64,000 nt of DNA from Escherichia phage REP4: the sequence record OQ174503.1. One strand, given 5' to 3'. This document shows, in pieces, positions 43,676-53,595 of this stretch (the first letter of the stretch is position 1; every line of letters begins with the position of its first letter). The translations under genes and the position numbers were made by a program. The notes beneath the pieces are model-generated. The model saw nothing but the letters and a program-made list of their open reading frames with translations. It was not told the origin of the DNA and did not search any database.

Positions 43676-44791
43676 ATGGAAAAATTTATGGCAGAGTTTG
43701 GACAAGGATATGTCCAAACGCCATTTTTATCGGAAAGTAATTCAGTAAGATATAAAATAAGCATAGCGGGTTCTTGCCCGCTTTCTACTGCAGGACCATA
43801 CGTTAAATTTCAGGATAATCCTGTTGGAAGTCAAACATTTAGCGCAGGACTTCATTTAAGAGTTTTTGACCCTTCTACAGGAGCATTAGTTGATAGTAAG
43901 TCATATGCTTTTTCTACTTCAAATGATACTACATCAGCGGCTTTTGTTAGTTTCATGAATTCTTTGACGAATAATAGACTTGTTGCTATATTAACTAGTG
44001 GAAAGGTTAATTTTCCTCCTGAAGTGGTGTCTTGGTTAAGAACCGCAGGAACGTCTGCTTTTCCATCTGATTCTATATTGTCAAGATTCGACGTATCATA
44101 TGCTGCTTTTTACACTTCTTCTAAAAGAGCTATTGCATTAGAGCATGTTAAACTAAGTAATAGAAAAAGCACAGATGATTATCAAACTATTTTAGATGTT
44201 GTATTTGACAGTTTAGAAGACGTTGGAGCTACCGGATTTCCAAGAAGAACGTATGAAAGCGTTGATCAATTTATGTCGGCAGTTGGCGGAACTAATAATG
44301 AAATTGCGCGATTGCCAACTTCAGCTGCCATAAGTAAATTATCTGACTATAATTTAATTCCTGGCGATGTTCTTTATCTTAAAGCTCAGTTATATGCTGA
44401 TGCCGATTTACTTGCGCTTGGAACTACAAATATATCTATCCGTTTTTATAATTCATCAAATGGATATATTTCTTCAACACAAGCTGAGTTCACCGGACAA
44501 GCTGGGTCTTGGGAATTAAAGGAAGATTATGTAGTTGTTCCAGAAAACGCTGTGGGATTTACGATATACGCGCAAAGAACTGCACAAGTCGGTCAAGGTG
44601 GCATGAGAAATTTAAGCTTTTCTGAAGTGTCAAGAAATGGAGGTATTTCGAAACCCACTGAATTTGGCGTCAATGGCATTCGTGTTAATTATATCTGTGA
44701 ATCTGCTTCACCTCCGGATATAATGGTACTTCCTACACAAGCATCGTCTAAAACTGGTAAAGTGTTTGGGCAAGAATTTAGAGAAGTATAA
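43676..44791 (+). CDS. 35: gp35 long tail fibre hinge (knee) protein
   Basis: 371 aa; position between genes 34 and 36. Confidence 0.9.
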   Translation: MEKFMAEFGQGYVQTPFLSESNSVRYKISIAGSCPLSTAGPYVKFQDNPVGSQTFSAGLHLRVFDPSTGALVDSKSYAFSTSNDTTSAAFVSFMNSLTNNRLVAILTSGKVNFPPEVVSWLRTAGTSAFPSDSILSRFDVSYAAFYTSSKRAIALEHVKLSNRKSTDDYQTILDVVFDSLEDVGATGFPRRTYESVDQFMSAVGGTNNEIARLPTSAAISKLSDYNLIPGDVLYLKAQLYADADLLALGTTNISIRFYNSSNGYISSTQAEFTGQAGSWELKEDYVVVPENAVGFTIYAQRTAQVGQGGMRNLSFSEVSRNGGISKPTEFGVNGIRVNYICESASPPDIMVLPTQASSKTGKVFGQEFREV

Positions 44792-44802
44792 ATTGAGGGA
44801 GC

Positions 44803-44820
44803 CTTCGGGTTCCCTTTTTC
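44803..44820 (+). terminator. Hairpin gggagccTTCGggttccc with U-tract after gene 35
   Basis: Imperfect 7-bp stem with UUCG loop followed by TTTTTCTTT. Confidence 0.45.
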
Positions 44821-44822
44821 TT

Positions 44823-44830
44823 TATAAATA
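44823..44830 (+). promoter_or_regulatory. Late promoter TATAAATA upstream of gene 36
   Basis: Exact TATAAATA 24 nt upstream of gene 36 ATG. Confidence 0.55.
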
Positions 44831-44853
44831 CTATTAAAATAAAGGGGCATACA

Positions 44854-45519
44854 ATGGCTGATTTAAAAGTAGGTTCAACAACTGGAGGCTCTGTCATTTG
44901 GCATCAAGGAAATTTTCCATTGAATCCAGCCGGTGACGATGTACTCTATAAATCATTTAAAATATATTCAGAATACAATAAACCACAAGCTGCTGATAAC
45001 GATTTCGTTTCTAAAGCTAATGGTGGTACTTATGCGTCAAAGGTAACATTTAACAGTGGCGTGCAAATACCATATGCTATAAACAATACAAACCAAAGCG
45101 GTATTTATCCTGGCAATGGTGATGCAGCTACTTTTGCTACAGCAAATATTGATATTGTTTCATGGTATGGTATTGGTTTTAAATCATCACAGGGTTCAGC
45201 AGCCAGAACTGTTGTAATTAATACGCGTAATGGTGATATTAGTACAAAAGGTGTCGTGTCGGCAACTGGTCAAGTAAGAAGTGATGCGACTGCTCCTATA
45301 GCAGCGAATGACCTTACTAGAAAAGACTATGTTGACGGAGCAATAAATACTGTTACGGCAAATGCAGATTCTAGAGTTTTCCGTAAAGGAGACACTATGA
45401 CTGGAAACTTAACCGCACCAAACTTTTTCTCGCAGAATCCTGCATCTCAACCTTCACATGTTCCACGATTTGACCAAATCGTAATTAAGGATTCTGTTCA
45501 AGATTTCGGCTATTATTAA
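44854..45519 (+). CDS. 36: gp36 long tail fibre distal connector
   Basis: 221 aa; T4 gp36-like. Confidence 0.9.
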   Translation: MADLKVGSTTGGSVIWHQGNFPLNPAGDDVLYKSFKIYSEYNKPQAADNDFVSKANGGTYASKVTFNSGVQIPYAINNTNQSGIYPGNGDAATFATANIDIVSWYGIGFKSSQGSAARTVVINTRNGDISTKGVVSATGQVRSDATAPIAANDLTRKDYVDGAINTVTANADSRVFRKGDTMTGNLTAPNFFSQNPASQPSHVPRFDQIVIKDSVQDFGYY

Positions 45520-45527
45520 GAGGACTT

Positions 45528-48500
45528 ATGGCTACTTTAAAACAAATACAATTTAAAAGAAGCAAAACCGCAGGTGCACGTCCTGCTGCTTCAGTATTAG
45601 CCGAAGGTGAATTGGCTATAAACTTAAAAGATAGAACAATTTTTACTAAAGACGATTCAGGAAATATCATTGACTTAAGCATTTCTGCTGGCGGTAGTAT
45701 CAGTGGAAATATCACTCAAACTGGCGATTATTTACAAAATGGAACATATAATCTTAATGGAAACCAGTTTGTTTATGCAGGAAAATATATTGAATTTTTA
45801 CCTAAAACTGCTGGTAATGGTGCTTGGGCAAATCAACATAAAAATAAAGCTCCTATCTTTACCGATTTGAGTTCAACGACTTCTACTTCAGAATACCATC
45901 CGCTAATTAAACAACGCTATAAAGATGGAACTTTTTCTGTTGGTACGTTAGTAAACGAAGGTAGTTTTAAAATTCAATATATCAATGAATCTGGTGATTC
46001 AAAATATTGGACTTTTAATCGTAACGGTAGTTTTATTGTAGATAATGGCAGTATTGAAGTCCGTGCAGGTAATATTTCTGCATCAGGCAATATTAACTCG
46101 GCAACTGGATTTGTTTCTGCACCGCGCGTCAATACAAAAAATATTAACCTGAGTTCTAAAACCTTTATACCGAATAATGACACGGGTTATGACATTGTTT
46201 CTTTACCTACTTGGATTTATAATCCACCAGCAGATGGTTCTGACCGTGATACAAACGGATTGAACTACATGCGTAAAATGCGGGCTTCAAATACTTCTAG
46301 CATTTTCCATGAAATAGTTGACTGTCGTTCAGGAAAGCCACAAGAAATTTCTTGGTGGACCGGCGTAGGACCTTCGTCTTTCCAGTGGGCATTTGATACC
46401 TCTGGACGTATTACCGCAGGTAAATCTATTTCAGTAGGTCTTCCTGATAGTGGTACAAATGGCCGTTATCCACTTGATTCTGCAATTTCTATTGGTATTG
46501 CGATTGGCGATAACGATACCGGTATTAAATGGGTCCGCGATGGCGTTTATGACCTGATGGCTAACGGTATTTCATCCGCTACCATTTTGAACAACGGTAT
46601 TAATAGTACTAAAAAATTGATGGTTGGTTATAGCCGTGATTCCGGCTCTACTTGGGATTTCCCAAATAACAACCAAGCAATGTTTACTGCGCGTACCGAT
46701 ATTGATGGTAATAATAACGGCGATGGTCAGACTCATATTGGTTATAGCAGCAATTCTAAAATGTATCACTATTTCCGTGGCACGGGTCGTATGGCTGTCG
46801 GAATGGCTGAAGGTTTAATTGTTGAGCCGGGTATTTTAGATATTAAAACTGGGTCCAATAGAGTTGCTATTAGAGCAGATGGTACATTTGACTCAACCCA
46901 ACGTATTTCAATGCGTACTGGATTATTTTTATCAGGTGATGATAATACCAATGCTTTGTCATTTAAAGCGCCTACAGGTGTTGACGGGACAAAAACCATT
47001 AACTGGGATGCAGGCACTCGTAATGGTCAGAATAAAAATACTGTAACCATTAAAGCGTGGGGTAACTCATTTAACTCAACTCCAGGTAATAGAGAAACTG
47101 TATTCGAAGTTTCAGATTCACAAGGTTATTATTTCTACGCTCAACGTACTAATCCTGCGTCAGGTCAAACAGTAGGTCCTATTAATTTTAAATTTAATGG
47201 TACTGTAGAAACTGGACATATTGTTGGGCTCGGAAATATAAGTGCCTCTGGTACAGGTTCTTTTGGTGGCAATGTTACCATGTCTAATGGTTTGTTTGTC
47301 CAAGGTGGTTCTTCTATTACTGGGCAAGTTAAAATCGGCGGAACATCAGATGCATTAAGAATTTGGAATGCTGAATATGGCGCAATTTTCCGTCGTTCTG
47401 AAGATAAGTTTTATATTATTCCAACTCCGCAGAATGCCGGTGAATCAGGTGGTATTTCTAATTTACGTCCGTTCTATATTACATTAAGTAATGGTAAAGT
47501 TTCCATGGATCATGATGTAGATATCGGCGGCGGTAGATTTAAAGTAGAAGTGGCTGGAACTACGGCTGGTCAACGTATTACAGTTAATGCAAGTAGCGAT
47601 GCTATTAGAATAAATGCTCCAACACAAGAGTCTTCTAACTTCATTCAAGGACGTAAGGCTGATGTGCCTAAATGGTATTTGGGTATTGGTGATGGCGGCA
47701 ATGTCGTTCGTATGCACAGCTACACACATTCACATGGTATTGCATTAAATTCTGATTCTGTCGATATTACTAAGCCTCTTAAAGTCGGCAATGCCCAACT
47801 AGGAACTGACGGTAATATTACCAATGGTTCAGGAAACTTTGCCAACTTAAATACCACGTTAAATCGTAAAGTTAATTCTGGATTTATTACTTATGGAGCA
47901 ACCTCTGGATGGTATAAGTTTGCAACTGTAACAATGCCACAATCCACTTCAACAGTCTTCTTTAAAATAGTTGGAGGTTCTGGATTTAATAGCGGATTAT
48001 TCACCCAATGTAATATTGCTGAAATTGTTTTACGTACTGGTAATGAAAGACCTTCTGACTTAAATGCTGTATTATACACAAGAACAACTGGAATGTATAG
48101 CGCAGCATTTAGAAATATTGCAGTTAACAATGTCTCTGGAAATACATATGACATTTATGTTTATGCTGGAACATATTGTAATCAACTAGTTTGTGAATGG
48201 TCATGTACCGAAAATGCTACTGTTAGCGTTATTGGTATTAACTCATCTACCCAATCACCTGTGGATGCTCTTCCAGATACAGCAGTTGATGGGCAAGTTG
48301 CTAATGTTCTTAATAACTTGGTTGATCGCGGTAAAGTTAAGCGTTATGAAGCCGATTCTGAAATAGCTATTAATAGCCCAACCGGTATTCGTATCAGAAG
48401 CAATGGCGATAAAACTGGTTCTGTTGCTACAATGCTACGAAATGATGGCGGCAGTTTTTATATTCTGTTTACAGATAAAAATGCCACCGATGGCGCAGCA

Positions 48501-49316
48501 ACTGTTAATGGTGATTGGAATAGTAAACGTCCTTTCGCAATTAACTTAACAACCGGCGAAGTGATGATGAATAATGGCATAGCTGTTCGCAGCGCTGCTT
48601 TATTCTATAATAGCATAAACGTCAAAGATAATGGTTCTATTAACTTTGATAAATCAGGTGCTAACCCGAGAAATATGAGAATATTTCATGCTGGCGATGC
48701 TTCTCGCGGTAACCGCATTGAAATTGCAGATGAAACTAACTATATTGCTTACTTTGAAAAGACTCCAGGTGGAGCTAACCGCTTTGTAGTAAATAATGCT
48801 ACTGTAGCTGGTGTTAACCAAATGAATTCATTTGGTATTAATATCAATAACGCACTTGGTGGAAATAGTATAGCATTTGGTGATAATGACACTGGAATTA
48901 AACAATCCGGTGACGGACTTCTTGATATTATTACTAACGCCGCACGCCGAATGAGATTCCAGACAGGTGACACCTATTCTGACATGAATATAAACGCTCC
49001 AAACGTTTATATTCGTTCTGATATTCGTTTGAAATCTAATTTCAGACCTATTGAAAATGCTCTTGAAAAGGTTGAACAGCTTGATGGTTTAATCTATGAT
49101 AAAGCTGACTATATAGGTGGTGAAATTGTTCAGACTGAAGCGGGTATTGTGGCTCAAACACTGCAAGATGTTTTACCAGAAGCAGTTCGTGAAGTTGAAG
49201 ATATTAAAGGTAATAAAATACTCACTGTTTCTTCTCAATCCCAGATTGCTCTTCTAGTTGAAGCTGTGAAAACACTTTCTGCTCGTGTAAAAGAACTTGA
49301 ATCTAAACTTATGTAA
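45528..49316 (+). CDS. 37: gp37 long tail fibre distal subunit, T2-type with C-terminal intramolecular-chaperone-like domain
   Basis: 1262 aa, MATLKQIQFKRSKTAGARPAASVLAEGELAINLKDR...; C-terminal RSDIRLK...GIVAQTLQDVLPEAV...ALLVEAVK motif. Confidence 0.95.
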   Translation: MATLKQIQFKRSKTAGARPAASVLAEGELAINLKDRTIFTKDDSGNIIDLSISAGGSISGNITQTGDYLQNGTYNLNGNQFVYAGKYIEFLPKTAGNGAWANQHKNKAPIFTDLSSTTSTSEYHPLIKQRYKDGTFSVGTLVNEGSFKIQYINESGDSKYWTFNRNGSFIVDNGSIEVRAGNISASGNINSATGFVSAPRVNTKNINLSSKTFIPNNDTGYDIVSLPTWIYNPPADGSDRDTNGLNYMRKMRASNTSSIFHEIVDCRSGKPQEISWWTGVGPSSFQWAFDTSGRITAGKSISVGLPDSGTNGRYPLDSAISIGIAIGDNDTGIKWVRDGVYDLMANGISSATILNNGINSTKKLMVGYSRDSGSTWDFPNNNQAMFTARTDIDGNNNGDGQTHIGYSSNSKMYHYFRGTGRMAVGMAEGLIVEPGILDIKTGSNRVAIRADGTFDSTQRISMRTGLFLSGDDNTNALSFKAPTGVDGTKTINWDAGTRNGQNKNTVTIKAWGNSFNSTPGNRETVFEVSDSQGYYFYAQRTNPASGQTVGPINFKFNGTVETGHIVGLGNISASGTGSFGGNVTMSNGLFVQGGSSITGQVKIGGTSDALRIWNAEYGAIFRRSEDKFYIIPTPQNAGESGGISNLRPFYITLSNGKVSMDHDVDIGGGRFKVEVAGTTAGQRITVNASSDAIRINAPTQESSNFIQGRKADVPKWYLGIGDGGNVVRMHSYTHSHGIALNSDSVDITKPLKVGNAQLGTDGNITNGSGNFANLNTTLNRKVNSGFITYGATSGWYKFATVTMPQSTSTVFFKIVGGSGFNSGLFTQCNIAEIVLRTGNERPSDLNAVLYTRTTGMYSAAFRNIAVNNVSGNTYDIYVYAGTYCNQLVCEWSCTENATVSVIGINSSTQSPVDALPDTAVDGQVANVLNNLVDRGKVKRYEADSEIAINSPTGIRIRSNGDKTGSVATMLRNDGGSFYILFTDKNATDGAATVNGDWNSKRPFAINLTTGEVMMNNGIAVRSAALFYNSINVKDNGSINFDKSGANPRNMRIFHAGDASRGNRIEIADETNYIAYFEKTPGGANRFVVNNATVAGVNQMNSFGININNALGGNSIAFGDNDTGIKQSGDGLLDIITNAARRMRFQTGDTYSDMNINAPNVYIRSDIRLKSNFRPIENALEKVEQLDGLIYDKADYIGGEIVQTEAGIVAQTLQDVLPEAVREVEDIKGNKILTVSSQSQIALLVEAVKTLSARVKELESKLM

Positions 49317-49317
49317 A

Positions 49318-49335
49318 AGAGGGCTTCGGCCCTCT
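49318..49335 (+). terminator. UUCG-tetraloop hairpin agagggcTTCGgccctct after gene 37
   Basis: 7-bp stem; weak U-tract, may be an RNA-stability element rather than a terminator. Confidence 0.35.
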
Positions 49336-49346
49336 AAGGATTTTTA

Positions 49347-50138
49347 ATGGCAATTGTAGGTGTTCCTGGCTGGATTGGTGAATCTGCCGTGAATGAAACT
49401 GGACAACGTTGGATGGATGCTGCAATGAAAGCAGTTCGTGTTTCAGTTCCTGGTTGGATGAGCTCAATGGCTGGACAATCTAAAGAAGTATATTACAGCA
49501 TTGGTGCTAGCAATTCTTATAATAAAGATACGCTAATAAATTGGATAAAAGCCCAAGGAAGTACTCCTGTTGTTATTACTATTACAGGAAATATTGTTTC
49601 TCAATCTACTGGTGTTCCATGCTTAGATTTTCCTAGCTCATTAACTAATGCATATGTTACCTTAAATATTAATAGTGGGGTTCATGTATTAGGTCGGGGA
49701 GGAAATGGCGGAAGTAACTCTGCTGGTGGAGCAGGAGGAACTGCAATAAATAACGGAATTGGAACTCGTTTAAGAATAAACAATAATGGTATTATTGGTG
49801 GCGGCGGCGGTGGCGGCGCAGGTGCTAGATACAATCCTTTCCCTCAAATGGATATGAAATTTGGTGGCGGCGGAGGTCGTCCATTTGGCGCAGCTGGCGC
49901 AGCAGGAGGTGGCGCAGCTGCAGCATCTGCTGGTACAATTTCTGCTCCCGGTAAAGGCACTGTTTCTGGGGTTCACCATGGAGGAGATGGTGGAGATTTA
50001 GGAGCTGCTGGCAAATCTTCATATATTCAAGGTGGTACTGGAGGAACTATTCACTCGGGTGGCGCAGCAGGTAAAGCTGTTACTGGTAATGCTCCAACTT
50101 GGACTAAAGTTGGTACAATATATGGTGCAAGAGTATAA
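49347..50138 (+). CDS. 38: gp38 T2-type receptor-recognising adhesin with glycine-rich motifs
   Basis: 263 aa; poly-Gly motifs (GGGGGGGAGA, FGGGGGRPFGAAGAAGGG, GGDGGDLGAAG, GGTGGTIHSGGAAG) separating short variable segments. Confidence 0.85.
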   Translation: MAIVGVPGWIGESAVNETGQRWMDAAMKAVRVSVPGWMSSMAGQSKEVYYSIGASNSYNKDTLINWIKAQGSTPVVITITGNIVSQSTGVPCLDFPSSLTNAYVTLNINSGVHVLGRGGNGGSNSAGGAGGTAINNGIGTRLRINNNGIIGGGGGGGAGARYNPFPQMDMKFGGGGGRPFGAAGAAGGGAAAASAGTISAPGKGTVSGVHHGGDGGDLGAAGKSSYIQGGTGGTIHSGGAAGKAVTGNAPTWTKVGTIYGARV

Positions 50139-50169
50139 TTTTGAATAAATATCCTTAAAAGGAGGGTCT

Positions 50170-50826
50170 ATGGCAGCACCTAGAATATCATTTTCGCCCT
50201 CTGATATTCTGTTGGGTGTTCTAGATCGCTTGTTCAAAGATAACGCTACCGGGAAGGTTCTTGCTTCCCGGGTAGCTGTCGTAATTCTTTTGTTTATAAT
50301 GGCGATTGTTTGGTATAGGGGAGATAGTTTCTTTGAGTACTATAAGCAATCAAAGTATGAAACATACAGTGAAATTATTGAAAAGGAAAGAAATGCACGC
50401 TTTGAATCTGTCGCCCTGGAACAACTCCAGATAGTTCATATATCATCTGAGGCAGACTTTAGTGCGGTGTATTCTTTCCGCCCTAAAAACTTAAACTATT
50501 TTGTTGATATTATAGCATATGAAGGAAGATTACCTTCAACAATAACCGAAAAATCACTTGGAGGATATCCTGTTGATAAAACTATGGATGAATATACAGT
50601 TCATTTAAATGGACGTCATTATTATTCCAACTCAAAATTTGCTTTTTTACCGACTAAAAAGCCTACTCCCGAAATAAATTACATGTACAGTTGTCCATAT
50701 TTTAATTTGGATAATATCTATGCTGGAACAATAACCATGTACTGGTATAGAAATGATCATATAAGTAATGACCGCCTTGAATCAATATGTTCTCAGGCGG
50801 CCAGAATATTAGGAAGGGCTAAATAA
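50170..50826 (+). CDS. t: Holin T
   Basis: 218 aa; single TM near N-terminus and large periplasmic domain; matches T4 gpt. Confidence 0.95.
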   Translation: MAAPRISFSPSDILLGVLDRLFKDNATGKVLASRVAVVILLFIMAIVWYRGDSFFEYYKQSKYETYSEIIEKERNARFESVALEQLQIVHISSEADFSAVYSFRPKNLNYFVDIIAYEGRLPSTITEKSLGGYPVDKTMDEYTVHLNGRHYYSNSKFAFLPTKKPTPEINYMYSCPYFNLDNIYAGTITMYWYRNDHISNDRLESICSQAARILGRAK

Positions 50827-51099
50827 TTATTTGTTTGTATACATCTCTAGATATCGATATACACCCTCAAAACCCTCGTTGAATTCGTCGATGAGGGTTT
50901 TCTTATCTTCTTGGGTTAATTCAGAAACAATTTTACGGAATGAATTCTGATTCAACTTTCTACCTTCATGCGTTACTCCAATCTCATTCAGAAATGCAAT
51001 AAAATTAGCACGATTCTCAACAATATCTTCTCTGGAAAATTTAATCAAAATAGACGCAACAGTAATAATTTCACGAACTGTATCAATGTTTTTATTCAT
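50827..51099 (-). CDS. asiA: AsiA anti-sigma70 factor
   Basis: 90 aa, MNKNIDTVREIITVASILIKFSRED... Confidence 0.95.
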   Translation of the reverse strand: MNKNIDTVREIITVASILIKFSREDIVENRANFIAFLNEIGVTHEGRKLNQNSFRKIVSELTQEDKKTLIDEFNEGFEGVYRYLEMYTNK

Positions 51100-51111
51100 T
51101 AACTATACCAC

Positions 51112-51264
51112 TCAATTAGTTGACTTTATTATAATATCATCAGACGTTTGATTTGTAAACTGGTCTGTGTTATTTTCTTCAAAAATTTTTTCTACGAATT
51201 CCTTGAACGACTCACGTTCCTGAGCTACATTATGCTCGATTACCTTTTCAAGATTATGACTCAT
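51112..51264 (-). CDS. Small acidic ORF (50 aa) between arn and asiA
   Basis: Manual ORF MSHNLEKVIEHNVAQERESFKEFVEKIFEENNTDQF...; ATGA overlap with arn stop; contains a promoter-like element for asiA. Confidence 0.35.
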   Translation of the reverse strand: MSHNLEKVIEHNVAQERESFKEFVEKIFEENNTDQFTNQTSDDIIIKSTN

Positions 51265-51539
51265 TCGAAATAATCTTCAATTTCATAATCATGGACATAA
51301 ATCATTATAGTTTTTAATACATCATCAATATTTTTTCCTGGAGCTGGAATTACGTAAAAATATCCCGCCTTTGAGTTATCTTTATAAGTTCCAACCAAGA
51401 AATCATTATTCTCGAGATGCAGTTCTTCAACTAATTCATTGACAATTGAGTTGTATAAATTTGGTAGAAACTTATATAGCTTTTCTAAAATATCAATTTT
51501 GATTGTATATTGAACCACAGACTGAGAATCAATAATCAT
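51261..51539 (-). CDS. arn: Arn anti-restriction protein (McrBC inhibitor)
   Basis: 92 aa, MIIDSQSVVQYTIKIDILEKLYKFLPNLYNSIVNELVEELHLENNDF... Confidence 0.9.
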   Translation of the reverse strand: MIIDSQSVVQYTIKIDILEKLYKFLPNLYNSIVNELVEELHLENNDFLVGTYKDNSKAGYFYVIPAPGKNIDDVLKTIMIYVHDYEIEDYFE

Positions 51540-51622
51540 AGACCTTCCCCTTATGTTTCTGTTTGCGATTAGATTCTTTAAACGCTTTCTTCTTATCTTT
51601 ATGAACAGAAGCTTTATTAAAA

Positions 51623-51841
51623 TTATGTTTTGCGACTAAATTGTTCATAGTGCTGAATTACCTCTCTTAAACATTTGCATGTGAATGAAAACTTTTTAGC
51701 TACACCACATTCAAATATATGTTCTCTTAAATCACGTGTGTCAGTATATCCCATCTCAACGATAAAATGCCGTATTAGATTTTTATCTTTATCATTGAGA
51801 GAATTAAAATAATCAGATTTTGAATTAATTTCCCTGGCCAA
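51623..51841 (-). CDS. Hypothetical protein (72 aa)
   Basis: Track ORF. Confidence 0.55.
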   Translation of the reverse strand: MAREINSKSDYFNSLNDKDKNLIRHFIVEMGYTDTRDLREHIFECGVAKKFSFTCKCLREVIQHYEQFSRKT

Positions 51842-52121
51842 ATTGAATCACCTTCAGTTGACGTTTTAGCTCTTTTATCATCTCTTCGTTCATCGCAATA
51901 TAAAGATCGCGTAAAGCAGGCTTTAGCATTCCATTTATTGGGGAACTAAATGGACATACATAATCTTTTCCTACGAGCTTTTTAGTGAATTCCATATTAC
52001 AGAACTGAAATGCCGGTTCATTGGCATAAATTCCCCATTTGGTTGACATCATTTTATTGGCATATTCTAATGCCTGGATTTGATTCATAATTCCATCAAT
52101 TTGAAACTTTTTAATATTCAT
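51825..52121 (-). CDS. Hypothetical protein (98 aa)
   Basis: Track ORF. Confidence 0.55.
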   Translation of the reverse strand: MNIKKFQIDGIMNQIQALEYANKMMSTKWGIYANEPAFQFCNMEFTKKLVGKDYVCPFSSPINGMLKPALRDLYIAMNEEMIKELKRQLKVIQFGQGN

Positions 52122-52582
52122 TAGTAAAGGTCCTCAGAGTAAAGTTCTTTTTCACTACCACCACGTTCAATACGCACTTGTCCAGCATAAGTTGCAATAA
52201 TCATTGCTTCTTCACGTGTCCAATAATTACTATATTGGTCAATAAACCCTTGGTCATCATCACAAACTTGCTGAGTAACTAATTGGGGTTTAACTACATC
52301 TAAAACTGCTGCCATATCTTTAGAATAATGACGAGCACCCGGAATAATAAGAGTTCGTCCATCTTTTAATCTAAAACGGTTGGCTGCGCAAACAATCCGT
52401 CGTTGGTATTTTTGGTTTTCATCCCAGTATGCAGACTGCCAACAGATTTCCGGAACTTCTTTCAGAATATCTTCTTCTGTACATTTATAACCATGTGCTT
52501 TAAATTTTTGAACAAGACTTTCTGGAGTTTCACGAGATAAAGGAACATTCAGCATTTTTAAACGATTAATAAATGGATTCAT
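52121..52582 (-). CDS. Hypothetical protein (153 aa)
   Basis: Track ORF. Confidence 0.6.
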   Translation of the reverse strand: MNPFINRLKMLNVPLSRETPESLVQKFKAHGYKCTEEDILKEVPEICWQSAYWDENQKYQRRIVCAANRFRLKDGRTLIIPGARHYSKDMAAVLDVVKPQLVTQQVCDDDQGFIDQYSNYWTREEAMIIATYAGQVRIERGGSEKELYSEDLY

Positions 52583-52908
52583 TTAAACCATCCTTTAATA
52601 CGTTGCCACAAAGTTTTCTGTTGAGCTTTGTTAACACCAATTGAGCGAATAACTGGTTGAGATTCCTGGAATTCTTTATAATCAGCAAGGTAAATTTCGT
52701 AAGCTGAATCTGTAAAGGAACTTATCGCTGCCATGAAATTATTGCGAATACCTACTGGAGCATCTTTACTTTCACGAATAATCATGTATTTGCCAGTCTT
52801 AATCTTTACAATAGTTCCAAGATAAGCCCCATGGTACCAGATGTCCCATCCCTCTTGAGTAGGTTCTGCGCAACGACGAAGTTCATTGATAATTTCTAAC
52901 TTGTTCAT
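52579..52908 (-). CDS. Hypothetical protein (109 aa)
   Basis: Track ORF. Confidence 0.6.
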   Translation of the reverse strand: MNKLEIINELRRCAEPTQEGWDIWYHGAYLGTIVKIKTGKYMIIRESKDAPVGIRNNFMAAISSFTDSAYEIYLADYKEFQESQPVIRSIGVNKAQQKTLWQRIKGWFK

Positions 52909-52918
52909 TATTTATTCC

Positions 52919-53554
52919 TCACAGTTCAGATGCTACGGTGATTACTGCTTCAATGTTTTCTGCCGAGCGTTTAATGTCAAGATACACATTACCATTTTTA
53001 GCGATTTTACATGACATTCCGATATCAGTAAATTTCTGAATATGATGTTCCATCATTTTGTATCCAAAAATTCGCATATTTCCATTGTTGTTAATTTCAA
53101 AATTACGAATTCCGTGAGTGCGTTTTTCTAAAATAGCGAGATAGTTACTACGATAAGTTTCAACTTTTTTAAGAACAAATCCATTTTCATCTAAAAGTTT
53201 TAGCATGAGGTCTTTATCTTCTTCCATATCGGAAGTAATCTCACGAGCTTTACGAGTTGCTCGTTTTTTCAGTAGTTCAGGAGCATTTTCCTGCGCATAT
53301 AAAGTTGCTGCATTTGAAATAATATCCTGAGCTTCACCAGTAATGATTAATCCATCGCCAGATTTCTCCACCAGGCCTTTTTTAATCAATACACCAATAT
53401 TACTATTAACTACTGCATTACCTAAATCTGGATGCACCTCACGAACTTCTGCAGCTGTAATGAAATCTTTCTTAGCAATGGTAATTAAAATCGCAGCAGT
53501 TTTTTCATTCAGAACATCGTTAGAAGCTTTGATGATGTAAGTTACTTTAGACAT
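52919..53554 (-). CDS. motA: MotA middle-transcription activator
   Basis: 211 aa, MSKVTYIIKASNDVLNEKTAAILITIAKKDFITAAEVREVHPDLG... Confidence 0.95.
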   Translation of the reverse strand: MSKVTYIIKASNDVLNEKTAAILITIAKKDFITAAEVREVHPDLGNAVVNSNIGVLIKKGLVEKSGDGLIITGEAQDIISNAATLYAQENAPELLKKRATRKAREITSDMEEDKDLMLKLLDENGFVLKKVETYRSNYLAILEKRTHGIRNFEINNNGNMRIFGYKMMEHHIQKFTDIGMSCKIAKNGNVYLDIKRSAENIEAVITVASEL

Positions 53555-53595
53555 TTTCTAATCTCCGTAATTCTGTATCAGTAGTTGATAGTTGT

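Noticed and set aside
49800-50000. GC-rich, glycine-codon-rich low-complexity tract, considered as a possible repeat array or CRISPR-like region
   Set aside because: It lies in frame within gp38 and encodes the glycine-rich motifs of the adhesin. There are no regular repeat-spacer units.
51530-51658. Lysine-rich 39-aa minus-strand ORF (MNNLVAKHNFNKASVHKDKKKAFKE...) overlapping the 3' end of the 72-aa ORF and the arn start
   Set aside because: It overlaps two neighbouring genes out of frame and has no clear RBS, so it is probably a chance ORF in AT-rich sequence.
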